A stretch of DNA of 64,000 nt from an uncultured Atopobium sp. (lineage in GTDB: Bacteria; Actinomycetota; Coriobacteriia; Coriobacteriales; Atopobiaceae). A program made the translations under genes and the position numbers. Location of the stretch: contig CAMXVQ010000002.1 of the NCBI GenBank assembly GCA_947252455.1, positions 18,549 to 82,548 of the forward strand, read 5' to 3'. The notes under the pieces are model-generated. The model saw only the letters and a program-made list of their open reading frames with translations, did not search any database and was not told the DNA's origin. Position 1 is the first letter of the stretch. Every line of letters begins with the position of its first letter. Positions 51,033-62,373 of the stretch are shown here, piece by piece.

Positions 51033-52031
51033 TTATCTGGTAATAAACTTATGGTATGCGCTTTCATCAACAACAACATCCAGCTCGCCAATCCATAAAA
51101 ACGGCTCATGGGATTTGCAAAAGCCATACTTAAAGAAGTAAAGCCCATCATTAACATCTAAAGAGTACACAGCTCCCATGTTAAAATATTTTTTACCAAG
51201 CTCACGACCCCATTTTATAAGCTCCCAAATAGTGAGATATCCAGGACTAACTTTTCCCTTCATGGTTGTTGTGGCTCCATAAACATACCAGAGCGTATCC
51301 TTATAAGGAAAACCAAGCATACTAGATATAGGTTGACCTTCATATTCAGAAGTACAAATTCGAATATCAGGAAAAGCTTCTAAGAATCTATCAAAATACT
51401 CTCTTGGACGATAGGTAATGCCATGTCGGTGAGCCATAATTTCGGTAAGATGATAAAAGGTATCAAGATCCTCTTTTGATCTACTCCAACGCGAGGTAAC
51501 ACCTGCTTTTATAGAAGATCTAATATGTCTTCGAGTCATGGTACTAAAACTTGCAAGCAAGTCATCAGTAGATTTGCCTTCAAGATCAAGCATCATTTCA
51601 CAGTGAGGATTAGAAAACGAATGAGGGCTTACTCCATCGCTTCTAAACGTAAAACCAGCATCACGATACTTTTTTACTAATGCCTGATCGTTCTCTACAC
51701 AGGGATCGAGTCTGAGTAAGAAGGCATCGTACTTTTTAAAAAGTAGCCGCGCTTCATCAATAAGTCTTTTAGTAGTTTCGATATCATAAAAATCACAAAC
51801 AGGACCTCGTGGAGCATAAAGGAACATTTTGTCATCCGATGCCTTAATACCAAGGACAGACATACCCGCACAAATTTTTCCATCCTTCTCAAGATAAACA
51901 AATTCATTAATCCAATTGCTTTTAACTTTAGACCAGTTCATATACTGCATAACATGGCCATACGGCGAATGTTTAACAAATTCATCTTATTCTTGAACTT
52001 TTGCTGCGTCATTTTTATCAAGTATCGGCAT
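51033..52031 (-). pseudogene. FemX/FemAB-family peptidoglycan interpeptide aminoacyltransferase gene interrupted by an in-frame TAA at codon 15
   Basis: Minus-strand translation from the ATG at 52031 reads MPILDKNDAAKVQE-TAA-DEFVKHSPYGHVMQYMNWSKVKSNW... in a single frame. Both the 14-codon N-terminal piece and the 305-aa ORF from the ATG at 51950 match FemX. The stop codon is at 51987-51989. Confidence 0.55.
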
Positions 52032-52293
52032 CGATTCTCCTTCTTGCCTAATACACAATTATGCATATAAACCGCAAACAATAACATCAAATACAAATTG
52101 ATTGCATCAATTCCTTGTCCCTAACTAAATCTAGCATAGTCTAGTTCATCAAATAAGTAAGGTCAAGAAATCATAAATACCATAACAAGTTTACGGCTTG
52201 TAACAAAAATTCTCCTCATTATTTTGCATTAATATGATCAATCAAATTGTGTCAAGTCAAATGATTGAAAGAAATTAAAGCATGCCATACAGG

Positions 52294-53100
52294 TTATACA
52301 AAATGTTTACAAAATGATTTGCGATGTACAGGGCTTAAACCATAGGTTTTAATCGCATCAATATGTGCTTTGGAACCATAACCTTTATTTTCAGCAAAAT
52401 GATATTGAGGATAGCGCGTATCCAAATCTTGCATAAGACGATCACGAGCAACTTTTGCAACTATTGATGCGGCGGCGATAGAGGCAATACGGCTATCACC
52501 TTTTATCAGCGTTTTCTCTTTGGGATGTGCGTGAATAGGATTGCCATCAATCAACACACAATCTGGTTCAACACCAGTTTGCAAAATAGCACACTTCATG
52601 GTTTCACGTAGGCATGAAACAATACCAAATCTGTCTATATCCTCAGGACTTGTAAATGCAATTCCAACCGCACGAGCATGCGCGCGAATTTGTGTATCTA
52701 GGCGCTCACGTTCCAAAGAGGTAAGTTTCTTTGAATCGTTAAGACCCCAAATGTGAGGCTCTTGGGGAAGAATCACCGCAGCTACTGCCAAAGGTCCGGC
52801 AAGAGGACCGCGTCCAACTTCGTCAACACCTATGATGGTGCCCACACCGCCTAGCTCCTCTTGAAGCTCATACATATCATTAACACGAGCGCGCTCCTTG
52901 CACGCAAGGTCATAGCGCTTGACGGCTCTTGTAACTGCTGCTTGTACGCTCTTGCGCTCGTCATGTGCATAGTGCTCAATTACCGCATTGAGCTCCTCAA
53001 AAGGCGTCACGCGCAGAACGGTAATAATATCTGAACATGTGGGTGTCTTTGTTTTACTCACACCCTGTTCAATTTGTGTGTGAGATGTTACATTATCCAT
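52294..53100 (-). CDS. rnhB: ribonuclease HII with an approximately 80-aa N-terminal extension
   Basis: The catalytic core begins at GVDEVGRGPLAGP. The C-terminal region is conserved. Confidence 0.85.
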   Translation of the reverse strand: MDNVTSHTQIEQGVSKTKTPTCSDIITVLRVTPFEELNAVIEHYAHDERKSVQAAVTRAVKRYDLACKERARVNDMYELQEELGGVGTIIGVDEVGRGPLAGPLAVAAVILPQEPHIWGLNDSKKLTSLERERLDTQIRAHARAVGIAFTSPEDIDRFGIVSCLRETMKCAILQTGVEPDCVLIDGNPIHAHPKEKTLIKGDSRIASIAAASIVAKVARDRLMQDLDTRYPQYHFAENKGYGSKAHIDAIKTYGLSPVHRKSFCKHFV

Positions 53101-53221
53101 GATAAGCTTTCATGACGTGCCTGGTAAACAGTGCATAAGAGACAATTTTTCACTTGTCCCAAAATAAAATAAAGGCGATAACAAAAAAGCCACCCGAAGG
53201 TGACTTTTCATGCGGCTTAGC

Positions 53222-53563
53222 TTAGCGTTTCTCGCGAATGCGTGCTGCTTTTCCAACACGATCACGTAGATAGTAAAGCTTAGAGCGATTAACGTCACCA
53301 TGACGTACAACCTCAAGCTTTGCAATCTTAGGTGAGTGAAGCGGGAACGTACGCTCAACACCTACACCAAAGCTCATTTTACGAACAGTAAATGTTTCAC
53401 GCGCGCCTGCACCGCTCATACGGATAACGTCGCCTTGAAACACCTGCTCACGCTCACGTTCACCCTCTTTAATACGATAGTGAACTTTAACATTGTCGCC
53501 AGGAATTACGTGTGGCAAATCTTCACGTATTTGCTGACGCTCAAGTGCTTGAATGTAATCCAT
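53222..53563 (-). CDS. rplS: 50S ribosomal protein L19
   Basis: Start at the ATG at 53563 ([13 protein letters not shown]). The full-length alignment to L19 ends ...[17 protein letters not shown]. Confidence 0.93.
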   Translation of the reverse strand: MDYIQALERQQIREDLPHVIPGDNVKVHYRIKEGEREREQVFQGDVIRMSGAGARETFTVRKMSFGVGVERTFPLHSPKIAKLEVVRHGDVNRSKLYYLRDRVGKAARIREKR

Positions 53564-53950
53564 TACACATCCATTCTCTAGAGGTGCCGACACATGTGAA
53601 CGACACATAGCTATACATACGAATTTAAATATTACCGCACAATTTAGGTTCAAAGGCGATAAAACTAAAAATATATGAAATCCTTCGCAATATACACATG
53701 GAACCGCGCGTAACTACGACGGATGCACACGTAAAATGCGTGCATCCTTAGACATTACAACACAATGAAACACGTTTAGCTGCGTGGTTGTTTCTTTAAA
53801 ACACAAGGAGACGCATGTGCACAAGACGAAAAACGGTACAACCTTCATACAAAGATTGTACCGAATTTACGCGGCGTCGGCATGTGCGCATAAAATCAAA
53901 AGAACTGTGATCTCCTACGAAAGCTCACATACCGTGATTACGCACAGCAA

Positions 53951-56716
53951 CTATTTAACCTGTGCAGGTCCGCCATTAGAATTGATCTTAGCCTGCGCTC
54001 CTGCCAAACGAGCAATAGGAACACGATAAGGCGAGCAGGATACATAATCTAATCCAAGGTCATAATACATCTGGATAGATTGAGGATCTCCTCCGGTCTC
54101 ACCACACACACCACACACGATAGTTGGATTAGCTTGGTGACCACCCTTAACAGCTACATCAACTAATTTTGCAACACCTGAGTCAAGCGTTTCAAATGGG
54201 TTACTCTTCAAGATCTTTTTATTAAGATACTGAGGAATAAATGCAGACTCAACGTCATCACGCGAGAAACCAAATACGGTTTGAGTAAGGTCGTTGGTAC
54301 CAAAGCTAAAGAAGTCTGCATATTTACCAATCTCATCTGCCGTTACAGCTGCACGAGGAAGCTCAATCATGCATCCAACAGGAATGTGGAGTTCAACACC
54401 TTCTGACTCGGCAACAGCTTCGACAACATCTTCAATTTGGTTGCGTACAAGCTTAAGCTCTTCAACGGTGGAAATAAGCGGAACCATGATTTCAGGACAT
54501 GGATTAAATCCTTCTTTTTTAAGACGTGCAGCAGCGCCTGCAATAGCACGAACTTGCATGTCGTTAAGCTCGGGATACACAATACCCAAACGGCAACCGC
54601 GAAGTCCCAGCATAGGGTTAGCTTCTTGGAACGAATCAAGACGAGCAAGGTGTGCACGCATAGCTTTAAGAGTTGTGTCGTGCTCACCGCGTGCTTCAGC
54701 ATGTGCAAGCTGTACAGCCACTGCGCGTGGATCATCCAAGAACTCGTGCAGAGGTGGGTCAAGCAAACGAACGATAACATTTCTGCCGTCCATAGCTTTA
54801 AACATACCAACAAAGTCCTCGGTTTGAACACGAAGGAGCTGACCTAAAGCTTGTTGCTTTGCGCCATCGGACTCAGCCAAAATAAACGACTGAATAATTT
54901 GTTTACGCTCGCCCAAGAACATGTGCTCAGTACGATCCAAACCAATACCATCGGCTCCAAAATCAACAGAAAGCTGTGCGTCAGCTGGATTATCAGCATT
55001 GGTACGAACACCAAAGATGCGCCCACGAGATGCATCACGGCGGACATCATCTGCCCATGTAAGAATGGTCTCAAGGTCTCCTGTAAGCTCAGGACGAGTT
55101 AGAGGAACCTCTCCGAGAATAATGTCGCCTGTTGTTCCGTTAATGGAAATGACATCGCCCTCATGAAGAACCACGCCAGTACCACTAATTTCTACTTGTT
55201 TGGCTTTTGCATCAATACGAAGTGCTTCAGCACCACAGACACAAGGAGCACCCATACCACGTGCAATTACAGCTGCATGCGAAGTTTTTCCACCATGAGA
55301 AGTTAAAATACCTTCTGCCGCAACCATACCACGAAGGTCATCTGGAGTAGTTTCCCAACGTACAAGAATGCAAGGCTTCTCGATATTGTGATAGTGAACT
55401 GCAGCGTCAGACGAGAATACAACAGCACCTACTGCAGCACCAGGTGAGGCATTCATACCTTTAGCAATGACGTCAACTTTTGCTTTTGGATCAAATTGTG
55501 GGTGAAGCAGTTGGTCAAGTTGCTCGGGCGCAACACGCATAATTGCTTGCTCGCGAGTAATACGTCCCTCATCGACCATTTGAATGGCAACACGAAGCGC
55601 AGAAAGTGCAGTACGTTTACCAACACGAGTTTGCAGCATCCAAAGTTTGCCTTGTTCAATGGTAAACTCGATATCCATCATGTCGGCATAGTGATCTTCC
55701 AAGATCTCAAAGACATGGAACAGTTCTTTACCAGCTTCTTTAAGTGCAGGAACTTTTACCAAATCGGCAATGGGCTCGGTATTACGAATACCTGCAACAA
55801 CATCTTCACCTTGTGCGTTAATAAGGAAGTCACCATAGCGCTCGTTGGTACCATCGGCAGGATTACGCGTAAAAGCAACACCAGTTGCAGATGTTTCGCC
55901 TTTATTACCAAAGACCATAACCTGCACGTTAACAGCAGTACCAAGATTATCATCGATCTTATTTTGCTTACGATAAATGCATGCACGCTCATTCATCCAG
56001 CTTCCAAATACAGCTTGCTCGGCAAGACGAAGTTGAAGATATGGATCTTGTGGGAAGGAAGCTTTACCGTCGGGAGCAACCTCAGGGTGAGCTTGGGAAT
56101 CAACGTTTTTAGCAAAGATTTTCTTAAATGTCTGCGTAAGATCTTTAAGATCTTCTGCATTTAGTTCGGTATCTAAGCGAACGCCTTTTTCTTCCTTTTT
56201 CTCATTGATAGCCTCTTCAAACAAGTCACCATCAATACCCATAACAACGTTAGAGAACATCTGAACAAAACGACGATAAGAATCCCATGCAAAACGTTCA
56301 TTATTGGTTTGTTTAATTAAACCTTGAACAGAAACGTCGTTAAGACCAAGGTTTAAAACAGTATCCATCATACCAGGCATCGAAAAAGGAGCACCTGAAC
56401 GTACTGAGACAAGCAGTGGGTCTTGTGGATCGCCAAGTTTTTTGCCCATTCGACGTTCAAGATCTTTACGAGCGACATCAATCTCGTCCAAAACACCTGC
56501 TGGCCACGTATTGTTATGCGTAGCATACGCAACACATGTTTGGCAGGTAATAGAAAATCCGGGAGGAACAGGAAGACCAATATTTGCCATCTCGGCAAGA
56601 TTGGCACCTTTACCACCGGTTATCCATTTTGCTTCATCAACGGAAGCACCGGCAACTTCGGTAACGTTATTACCGTTTTCATCATTACCAAAACGGTATA
56701 CGTGCTTTTCAGCCAT
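53951..56716 (-). CDS. ppdK: pyruvate, phosphate dikinase
   Basis: Start at the ATG at 56716 (MAEKHVYRF). PEP-utilising enzyme motifs are present, including the catalytic His in GGKTSHAAVIARG and a C-terminal TIM-barrel domain. Confidence 0.92.
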   Translation of the reverse strand: MAEKHVYRFGNDENGNNVTEVAGASVDEAKWITGGKGANLAEMANIGLPVPPGFSITCQTCVAYATHNNTWPAGVLDEIDVARKDLERRMGKKLGDPQDPLLVSVRSGAPFSMPGMMDTVLNLGLNDVSVQGLIKQTNNERFAWDSYRRFVQMFSNVVMGIDGDLFEEAINEKKEEKGVRLDTELNAEDLKDLTQTFKKIFAKNVDSQAHPEVAPDGKASFPQDPYLQLRLAEQAVFGSWMNERACIYRKQNKIDDNLGTAVNVQVMVFGNKGETSATGVAFTRNPADGTNERYGDFLINAQGEDVVAGIRNTEPIADLVKVPALKEAGKELFHVFEILEDHYADMMDIEFTIEQGKLWMLQTRVGKRTALSALRVAIQMVDEGRITREQAIMRVAPEQLDQLLHPQFDPKAKVDVIAKGMNASPGAAVGAVVFSSDAAVHYHNIEKPCILVRWETTPDDLRGMVAAEGILTSHGGKTSHAAVIARGMGAPCVCGAEALRIDAKAKQVEISGTGVVLHEGDVISINGTTGDIILGEVPLTRPELTGDLETILTWADDVRRDASRGRIFGVRTNADNPADAQLSVDFGADGIGLDRTEHMFLGERKQIIQSFILAESDGAKQQALGQLLRVQTEDFVGMFKAMDGRNVIVRLLDPPLHEFLDDPRAVAVQLAHAEARGEHDTTLKAMRAHLARLDSFQEANPMLGLRGCRLGIVYPELNDMQVRAIAGAAARLKKEGFNPCPEIMVPLISTVEELKLVRNQIEDVVEAVAESEGVELHIPVGCMIELPRAAVTADEIGKYADFFSFGTNDLTQTVFGFSRDDVESAFIPQYLNKKILKSNPFETLDSGVAKLVDVAVKGGHQANPTIVCGVCGETGGDPQSIQMYYDLGLDYVSCSPYRVPIARLAGAQAKINSNGGPAQVK

Positions 56717-57054
56717 AAAACACCCCTCATTTCGCCTGGTTGAACACATCGTTGATTGATGTGTTTATATCCTTATCCTTTATACACGTACAAGCTCGTT
56801 CAAAACGAGCATGCGTATAAACACTGTTTTTGTAACAAAATTTATTGTACTGGTTACACAGCAAAAGGTATTATGTGTTCGATAAGCGGAATGTTTTTTT
56901 CTGTAAATAAATCTATAACAACAGATTCCAAAAATTACGCTATACTAAGAAGCGATTTCGCAATTTTTGCCTTAGACATCCCTATATAAAAGGCCAAAGT
57001 ATTTAATTCATTCTCCGTTCTGCAAATAGGCCTGTAGCTGTCTTAAAAAATCTG

Positions 57055-58677
57055 CTATTTTTTATGAACCAATGAGCGTATAAAATCTATCTCGGGCATG
57101 TGAAATATCCACGCACAGCCAAAGGTAGTTATAAGTGCAGGCACACCCGAAAGTACCAATAAGCCCAACACATAAACTAAACTGACAGGTACATGAGAAT
57201 CAAATAACAAAGCCGAATGGCCTGAAAGCCAAAAGATAATTCCACCTACCAAGCATCCTGCAACACCACAGAAAAATGCACGTAGACAAGATACTAGCAA
57301 CGAAATACATGAAAGCTGGTGCAGCTTTGCAAAAAGCATTATAAACGTAAGAACGTCTACCACTATAAACATGACAGAGCTTGAAAGAGCAACCATGCAC
57401 AAACCAAAAAGAGGTGTGAGATATATACAAAATGCAATTTGGATTACCGAAGCCACAAGCACAGAGAATGCATAATACTTCATTGCGCGCAGCGATGAAC
57501 ATATCTTTTGCAAGTACATGCACACACCAAATCCAGGCAGACTAATAGCTAAACCTGCCAAATATAAAGCGGTATCTTGTAATTGTTGTGGACTAAACTT
57601 TCCTGCAGCCATAAGGTGGATAAGAGGTAAAGCATACATAATAAGAAACAATGAAAACGGTATCATTAAAAACAAGATTTTCTGCGTACCCGTTTGTATA
57701 CCTGCGCAATATGACTTCATATCATGTTTTGCAATATCATATGAGAGCTCGGTAAACATAGCTGTAGTTATAGGTACTGCAAGAATTGCATAGGGCAAAG
57801 TATACCAAAGACGTGCATAAAATGCTATGGATGCACCCTCGGCGCACACTGAAAGAGCTGAGCTTGTTTGCACGGATACCGTTACAAATGATCCAACCAT
57901 AACAAGTAAAGACGGAATGCCTATGGAAAGCGTATCTTTAAGTGCAGGATCTTTAAGATCAACGTGAAAACGCAAACGAATACCTTGCTTAATAAGAGAA
58001 GGAATTTGAAGCACAACTTGAATTAAAACACCAAGTGGATTACCAAGGGCTAATATAATAAGCGCTGCTACAGGGTATGAATTTACCAAAAATGCATAGG
58101 CTAAAAACGAAGCAATCGTTACAAAGTTATTAAAAATGGGTGCCGCACTACTCCAAAAATAGTCGCGTTCGGCGTTAAGAATACCTGAAAAAATAGAGCT
58201 CAATGCGTAAAGTAATACTTCGATAACAAAGAACTTAAAGAAATACACAGCTAAAGCAGTATCGAAATCGCTTCGGGCTGAAAATGACTGAGTATAAACC
58301 ACTTCACCTGCAAAAATAAAACCAATGACTGTAACGGCCGCCATAAGAATAACAACCAAAGACGTCAAATTAGAAGCGTATTCACTTGCCTGGTGTATTC
58401 CAGATTTCTTTTTAACGCTTAAATATACGGGAAGAAAAGCAGTTACGAGCATTCCACCAATTACCAATTCATAAAGCTGATTGGGCAAATTGTTAGCAAC
58501 AGAATAGCAACTGGCAATAACGGTAGCACCTAGCGCATATGCCTGAGCCCACGTTCTAATAAAACCTGTTATTCGGCTTATAATAACGAGCACGCTGATG
58601 AGCGCCGCGCTTTTCCCAAGTTGCTGCTCTCGGTTTTGGGAGCTTACATCAGAAGAAGACTGCTTGTATGTTTCCAT
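57055..58677 (-). CDS. murJ: lipid II flippase MurJ (MviN family)
   Basis: 540-aa polytopic protein. The N-terminus AALISVLVIISRITGFIR is characteristic of MurJ. Confidence 0.75.
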   Translation of the reverse strand: METYKQSSSDVSSQNREQQLGKSAALISVLVIISRITGFIRTWAQAYALGATVIASCYSVANNLPNQLYELVIGGMLVTAFLPVYLSVKKKSGIHQASEYASNLTSLVVILMAAVTVIGFIFAGEVVYTQSFSARSDFDTALAVYFFKFFVIEVLLYALSSIFSGILNAERDYFWSSAAPIFNNFVTIASFLAYAFLVNSYPVAALIILALGNPLGVLIQVVLQIPSLIKQGIRLRFHVDLKDPALKDTLSIGIPSLLVMVGSFVTVSVQTSSALSVCAEGASIAFYARLWYTLPYAILAVPITTAMFTELSYDIAKHDMKSYCAGIQTGTQKILFLMIPFSLFLIMYALPLIHLMAAGKFSPQQLQDTALYLAGLAISLPGFGVCMYLQKICSSLRAMKYYAFSVLVASVIQIAFCIYLTPLFGLCMVALSSSVMFIVVDVLTFIMLFAKLHQLSCISLLVSCLRAFFCGVAGCLVGGIIFWLSGHSALLFDSHVPVSLVYVLGLLVLSGVPALITTFGCAWIFHMPEIDFIRSLVHKK

Positions 58678-58768
58678 ATAAACCTTTCAAACATATAAAC
58701 CTTGTAACATCAGTATCTAAAATGCATGGATCTATATGTACAAATAATCAAAATGCATCTGCCGTAGC

Positions 58769-59287
58769 TTATGATTTTAATGCATCGTGGCAAATATCTT
58801 CAAAATGAAACTGAAAATGCGTTTGTAAATCACGTGGATTAAGTTTAAGCGTAATACCTCGTTTGCCGCCAGAAATCGTAATAAGATCAAACAATAATGC
58901 TGTTTCATCGATAATGGTATAAAATTCTTTTTTCATGCCAATAGGGCTACATCCACCGCGAATATAACCTGTAAGAGCTTCTAGATCTTTGACATGCACC
59001 ATTGACAAAGATTTTTCTTGCGAAACTTTTGCAGCCTTCTTAAGGTCAAGCTCTGCATTGACGGGAATGCAGCATACAACATACGAAGAGCCGCCATGAG
59101 TGGTAACCAACGTTTTGAAGGACGCGTCAACTTCGTTGCCTAATGATTGGGCAATACGCACGCCAACACCTGTTGAGGTATCTTCGTGCTGCGCATCATA
59201 GGTTTGAACGGTGTAACTCACACCTTTTGTATCAAGTTCACGCATGGCATTTGTTTTTTGCACACGCGGCTGTTTTGTATGCTTCAT
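58769..59287 (-). CDS. ybaK: Cys-tRNA(Pro)/Cys-tRNA(Cys) deacylase, YbaK/EbsC type
   Basis: YbaK fold motifs (GGCSPIG, KTL). The start may be the internal ATG near 59245. Confidence 0.8.
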   Translation of the reverse strand: MKHTKQPRVQKTNAMRELDTKGVSYTVQTYDAQHEDTSTGVGVRIAQSLGNEVDASFKTLVTTHGGSSYVVCCIPVNAELDLKKAAKVSQEKSLSMVHVKDLEALTGYIRGGCSPIGMKKEFYTIIDETALLFDLITISGGKRGITLKLNPRDLQTHFQFHFEDICHDALKS

Positions 59288-59406
59288 CCAACGTCTTTCT
59301 ATCTAACAAGAAACAGAAATATCCATATGCAATTCTCGCAATTCATATTTCATTATAATACGCGAATACTTTCTTCATCTCATTTGCGAAAGTATCGCGT
59401 AAGAAA

Positions 59407-62298
59407 TTATGCTTGGGCAGGTAAAACTCTTTTTAAATAGAGACCTGTATAACTTTTATCACAGGCCGCAAGCTCCTCGGGCGTACCCGTTGCGATAACG
59501 TTACCACCGCGCGCTCCTCCTAAAGGACCTAAGTCGATAAGATAATCAGCAACTTTAATAACGTCTAAATTGTGCTCGATAATAACCACGGTGTTCCCAG
59601 CATCTACTAATTTTTGCAGAACCTCAATAAGCATACGCACGTCCTCAAAATGCAAACCCGTTGTAGGTTCGTCCAAAATATAAAACGTTTTTCCCGTTTG
59701 CTGACGGTGTAATTCGCGAGACAGCTTGACGCGCTGCGCTTCCCCACCAGAAAGCGTTGTTGCACTTTGGCCTAAATGAATATAGCCCAAACCAACATCA
59801 TAGAGTGTTTGCAGTTTCCGCGAAATCTTGGGAATTGACGCAAAAAAGGCAAGAGCTTCGTGAACAGTCATGTCTAACACATCGCTTATAGATTTTCCTT
59901 TATAGCAAATCTCAAGCGTTTCGCGATTATAGCGCCTGCCATGGCAAACTTCACAGGGAACATAAACATCAGGTAAAAAGTTCATCTCAATTTTGAGTTG
60001 GCCGTCACCTTTACATGCCTCACACCTACCGCCTGAAACGTTAAACGAAAACCGTCCAGCGCTATAACCACGCGCGCGACTATCTGGAAGAGAAGCAAAC
60101 AGGGCGCGCAAATCATCCCATAATCCAATATAGGTAGCAGGATTAGATCGAGGTGTACGACCAATAGGCGACTGATCTATATTGATAACTTTATCAATAT
60201 AGGATTTATGCTGACTATCATAGAGGCCCGAAAAACTTTTATACGCCCCTATACGCTGTTTTGAATGATTGATTTCATGGGCTAAAAGTGGCGCTAAGGT
60301 ATCTGTAACCAAAGAAGATTTACCCGAACCCGAAACACCTGTTACAACGGTAAATGTTCCATACGGTATTGACACCTTTATGTTTTGTAAATTATTTTCG
60401 GTAGCACCTGAAAGAGTAAACGCTTGTCCTGTACCTGTTCGGCGCATGCGTGGTACGGCAATTTTTCGTCGACCCACAAGATAGTCTGCTGTCAGCGAAT
60501 GCTTTGCACGCATAATTTGTGAGGGCGTGCCTTGAGCAATTACATCTCCGCCCAGCTCACCTGCGCCTGGTCCCATATCAATTACATAATCGGCAGCACG
60601 AATAGTATCTTCATCATGCTCAACCACAATTACAGTATTGCCCTGATCACGAAGCTGTTTAAGCGTAGTGATAAGACGATCGTTGTCTTTTTGATGAAGA
60701 CCAATTGAAGGCTCATCCAAAATATAAAGCACGCCTGTTAATCCCGATCCAATTTGCGTTGCAAGGCGAATACGTTGTGCTTCCCCACCAGAAAGGGTAG
60801 ACGCACTTCGTGCAAGCGTAAGGTAATCCAAGCCAACATGTACCATAAATTCAAGTCGTGTACGAATTTCTTTAAGAAGCGGTTGTGCAATCGCAGAAAG
60901 TCGCTTGTCAAAATGAAGCGACTGCACAAAGCACAGAGCCTCGGCACATGAAAGTTCACAAAGTTGCTGGATATTTTTATCGCCAACAGTAACCGCCAAG
61001 TATTCGGGCTTAAGACGAGCACCTTTACACGTTGTGCAGGGAACTTCTTTAATAAATTTTGCAAAATGCTGCTTCATGGTTTCAGAGGTACTTTCTTGAT
61101 ACTTATCAAAAAGTACATCACAAACACCTGGAAAAGTTGTTTTCCACTCGTTAATGCGTCCATCTTTTGTGTGATACCTAACGGGAATTTCCTGTGATCC
61201 TAACCCATAGAGCAGCGCATGCTGACACGAATCTGACAAATCTTTATACGGAGTTGCGGATGAGGCACCCATAAAATTACAAACAGCATCGAGGATCTGA
61301 GAATAATAATTTGAGCGCGCAAGAACACCACCAAAAACGCCTTCTGCAACCGATAAACGTGGATCTTCTATAATTGCATCAACATCAATGGATCGCTTAC
61401 TTCCAAGGCCATCACAATCTGGACATGCACCATAGGGAGCGTTAAATGAAAAATCTCGTGGTTGGAGCTCATCTATAGAGTGTCCATGAACAGGACAAGC
61501 CAGAGCTAATGAAAATTGCGCCTCAAATGCACTCTCATTCTTTGTTGTATCTGCGTGTTGACCCGTCTGCTCACGCGCTTCTAAGACATAAAAAATAACG
61601 CGACCAGCGGATAACTTGGTAGCATTCTCACATGCCTCAGCAATACGAACCCGACTCGTTGTACGTAAAACCAAACGATCAACAACAACGTCTATAGTGT
61701 GTTTTACCTGCTTCTTTAAGGAGATATCGTCGTCAAGCAGCATAAAAGTGCCGTCAATACGAACACGAGAAAAACCCTCGCGCCTTAAATCATCTAACAA
61801 CTTGGTAAACTGTCCTTTTTTACCTATAACAACAGGTGAAAGTACATATGCACGTCGGTTAGGCGCTTGTTCAAGAATGCGATCGATAACTTCGTCAACG
61901 GTTTGTTTTTTTATCACGCACCCACACTCTGGACAATGTGCACAACCAAGCCGCGCATATAACAGACGTATATAATCATAAATTTCTGTAACAGTTCCAA
62001 CGGTAGAACGAGGATTATGACCGGTTGTCTTTTGATCTATACATATTGCTGGAGAAAGACCTTCGATAGAATCTAGATCGGGTTTATTCATACGACCTAA
62101 AAACATGCGCGCATAGCTTGACAAAGACTCAACATAACGCCGTTGGCCTTCCGCATAAATGGTGTCAAATGCAAGACTTGATTTTCCTGAACCTGACAGT
62201 CCCGTGATAACAACCAATTTATTGCGAGGTATGGTGACTGAGATATTTTTTAGATTATGTTCACGCGCGCCCTTAATCGAAATTACCCTGTCACTCAT
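59407..62298 (-). CDS. uvrA: excinuclease ABC subunit A
   Basis: Two ABC ATPase modules ([20 protein letters not shown]) and zinc-finger Cys clusters. The start is the ATG at 62298 with a GGAG Shine-Dalgarno. The ORF track's TTG at 62301 is also possible. Confidence 0.95.
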   Translation of the reverse strand: MSDRVISIKGAREHNLKNISVTIPRNKLVVITGLSGSGKSSLAFDTIYAEGQRRYVESLSSYARMFLGRMNKPDLDSIEGLSPAICIDQKTTGHNPRSTVGTVTEIYDYIRLLYARLGCAHCPECGCVIKKQTVDEVIDRILEQAPNRRAYVLSPVVIGKKGQFTKLLDDLRREGFSRVRIDGTFMLLDDDISLKKQVKHTIDVVVDRLVLRTTSRVRIAEACENATKLSAGRVIFYVLEAREQTGQHADTTKNESAFEAQFSLALACPVHGHSIDELQPRDFSFNAPYGACPDCDGLGSKRSIDVDAIIEDPRLSVAEGVFGGVLARSNYYSQILDAVCNFMGASSATPYKDLSDSCQHALLYGLGSQEIPVRYHTKDGRINEWKTTFPGVCDVLFDKYQESTSETMKQHFAKFIKEVPCTTCKGARLKPEYLAVTVGDKNIQQLCELSCAEALCFVQSLHFDKRLSAIAQPLLKEIRTRLEFMVHVGLDYLTLARSASTLSGGEAQRIRLATQIGSGLTGVLYILDEPSIGLHQKDNDRLITTLKQLRDQGNTVIVVEHDEDTIRAADYVIDMGPGAGELGGDVIAQGTPSQIMRAKHSLTADYLVGRRKIAVPRMRRTGTGQAFTLSGATENNLQNIKVSIPYGTFTVVTGVSGSGKSSLVTDTLAPLLAHEINHSKQRIGAYKSFSGLYDSQHKSYIDKVINIDQSPIGRTPRSNPATYIGLWDDLRALFASLPDSRARGYSAGRFSFNVSGGRCEACKGDGQLKIEMNFLPDVYVPCEVCHGRRYNRETLEICYKGKSISDVLDMTVHEALAFFASIPKISRKLQTLYDVGLGYIHLGQSATTLSGGEAQRVKLSRELHRQQTGKTFYILDEPTTGLHFEDVRMLIEVLQKLVDAGNTVVIIEHNLDVIKVADYLIDLGPLGGARGGNVIATGTPEELAACDKSYTGLYLKRVLPAQA

Positions 62299-62373
62299 CA
62301 ATATGCTCCCATTTAAAGCTGGCTACAAAATTCTCTCGTAATGATATCAAGGATACCCATGTTTTTGCATGTC

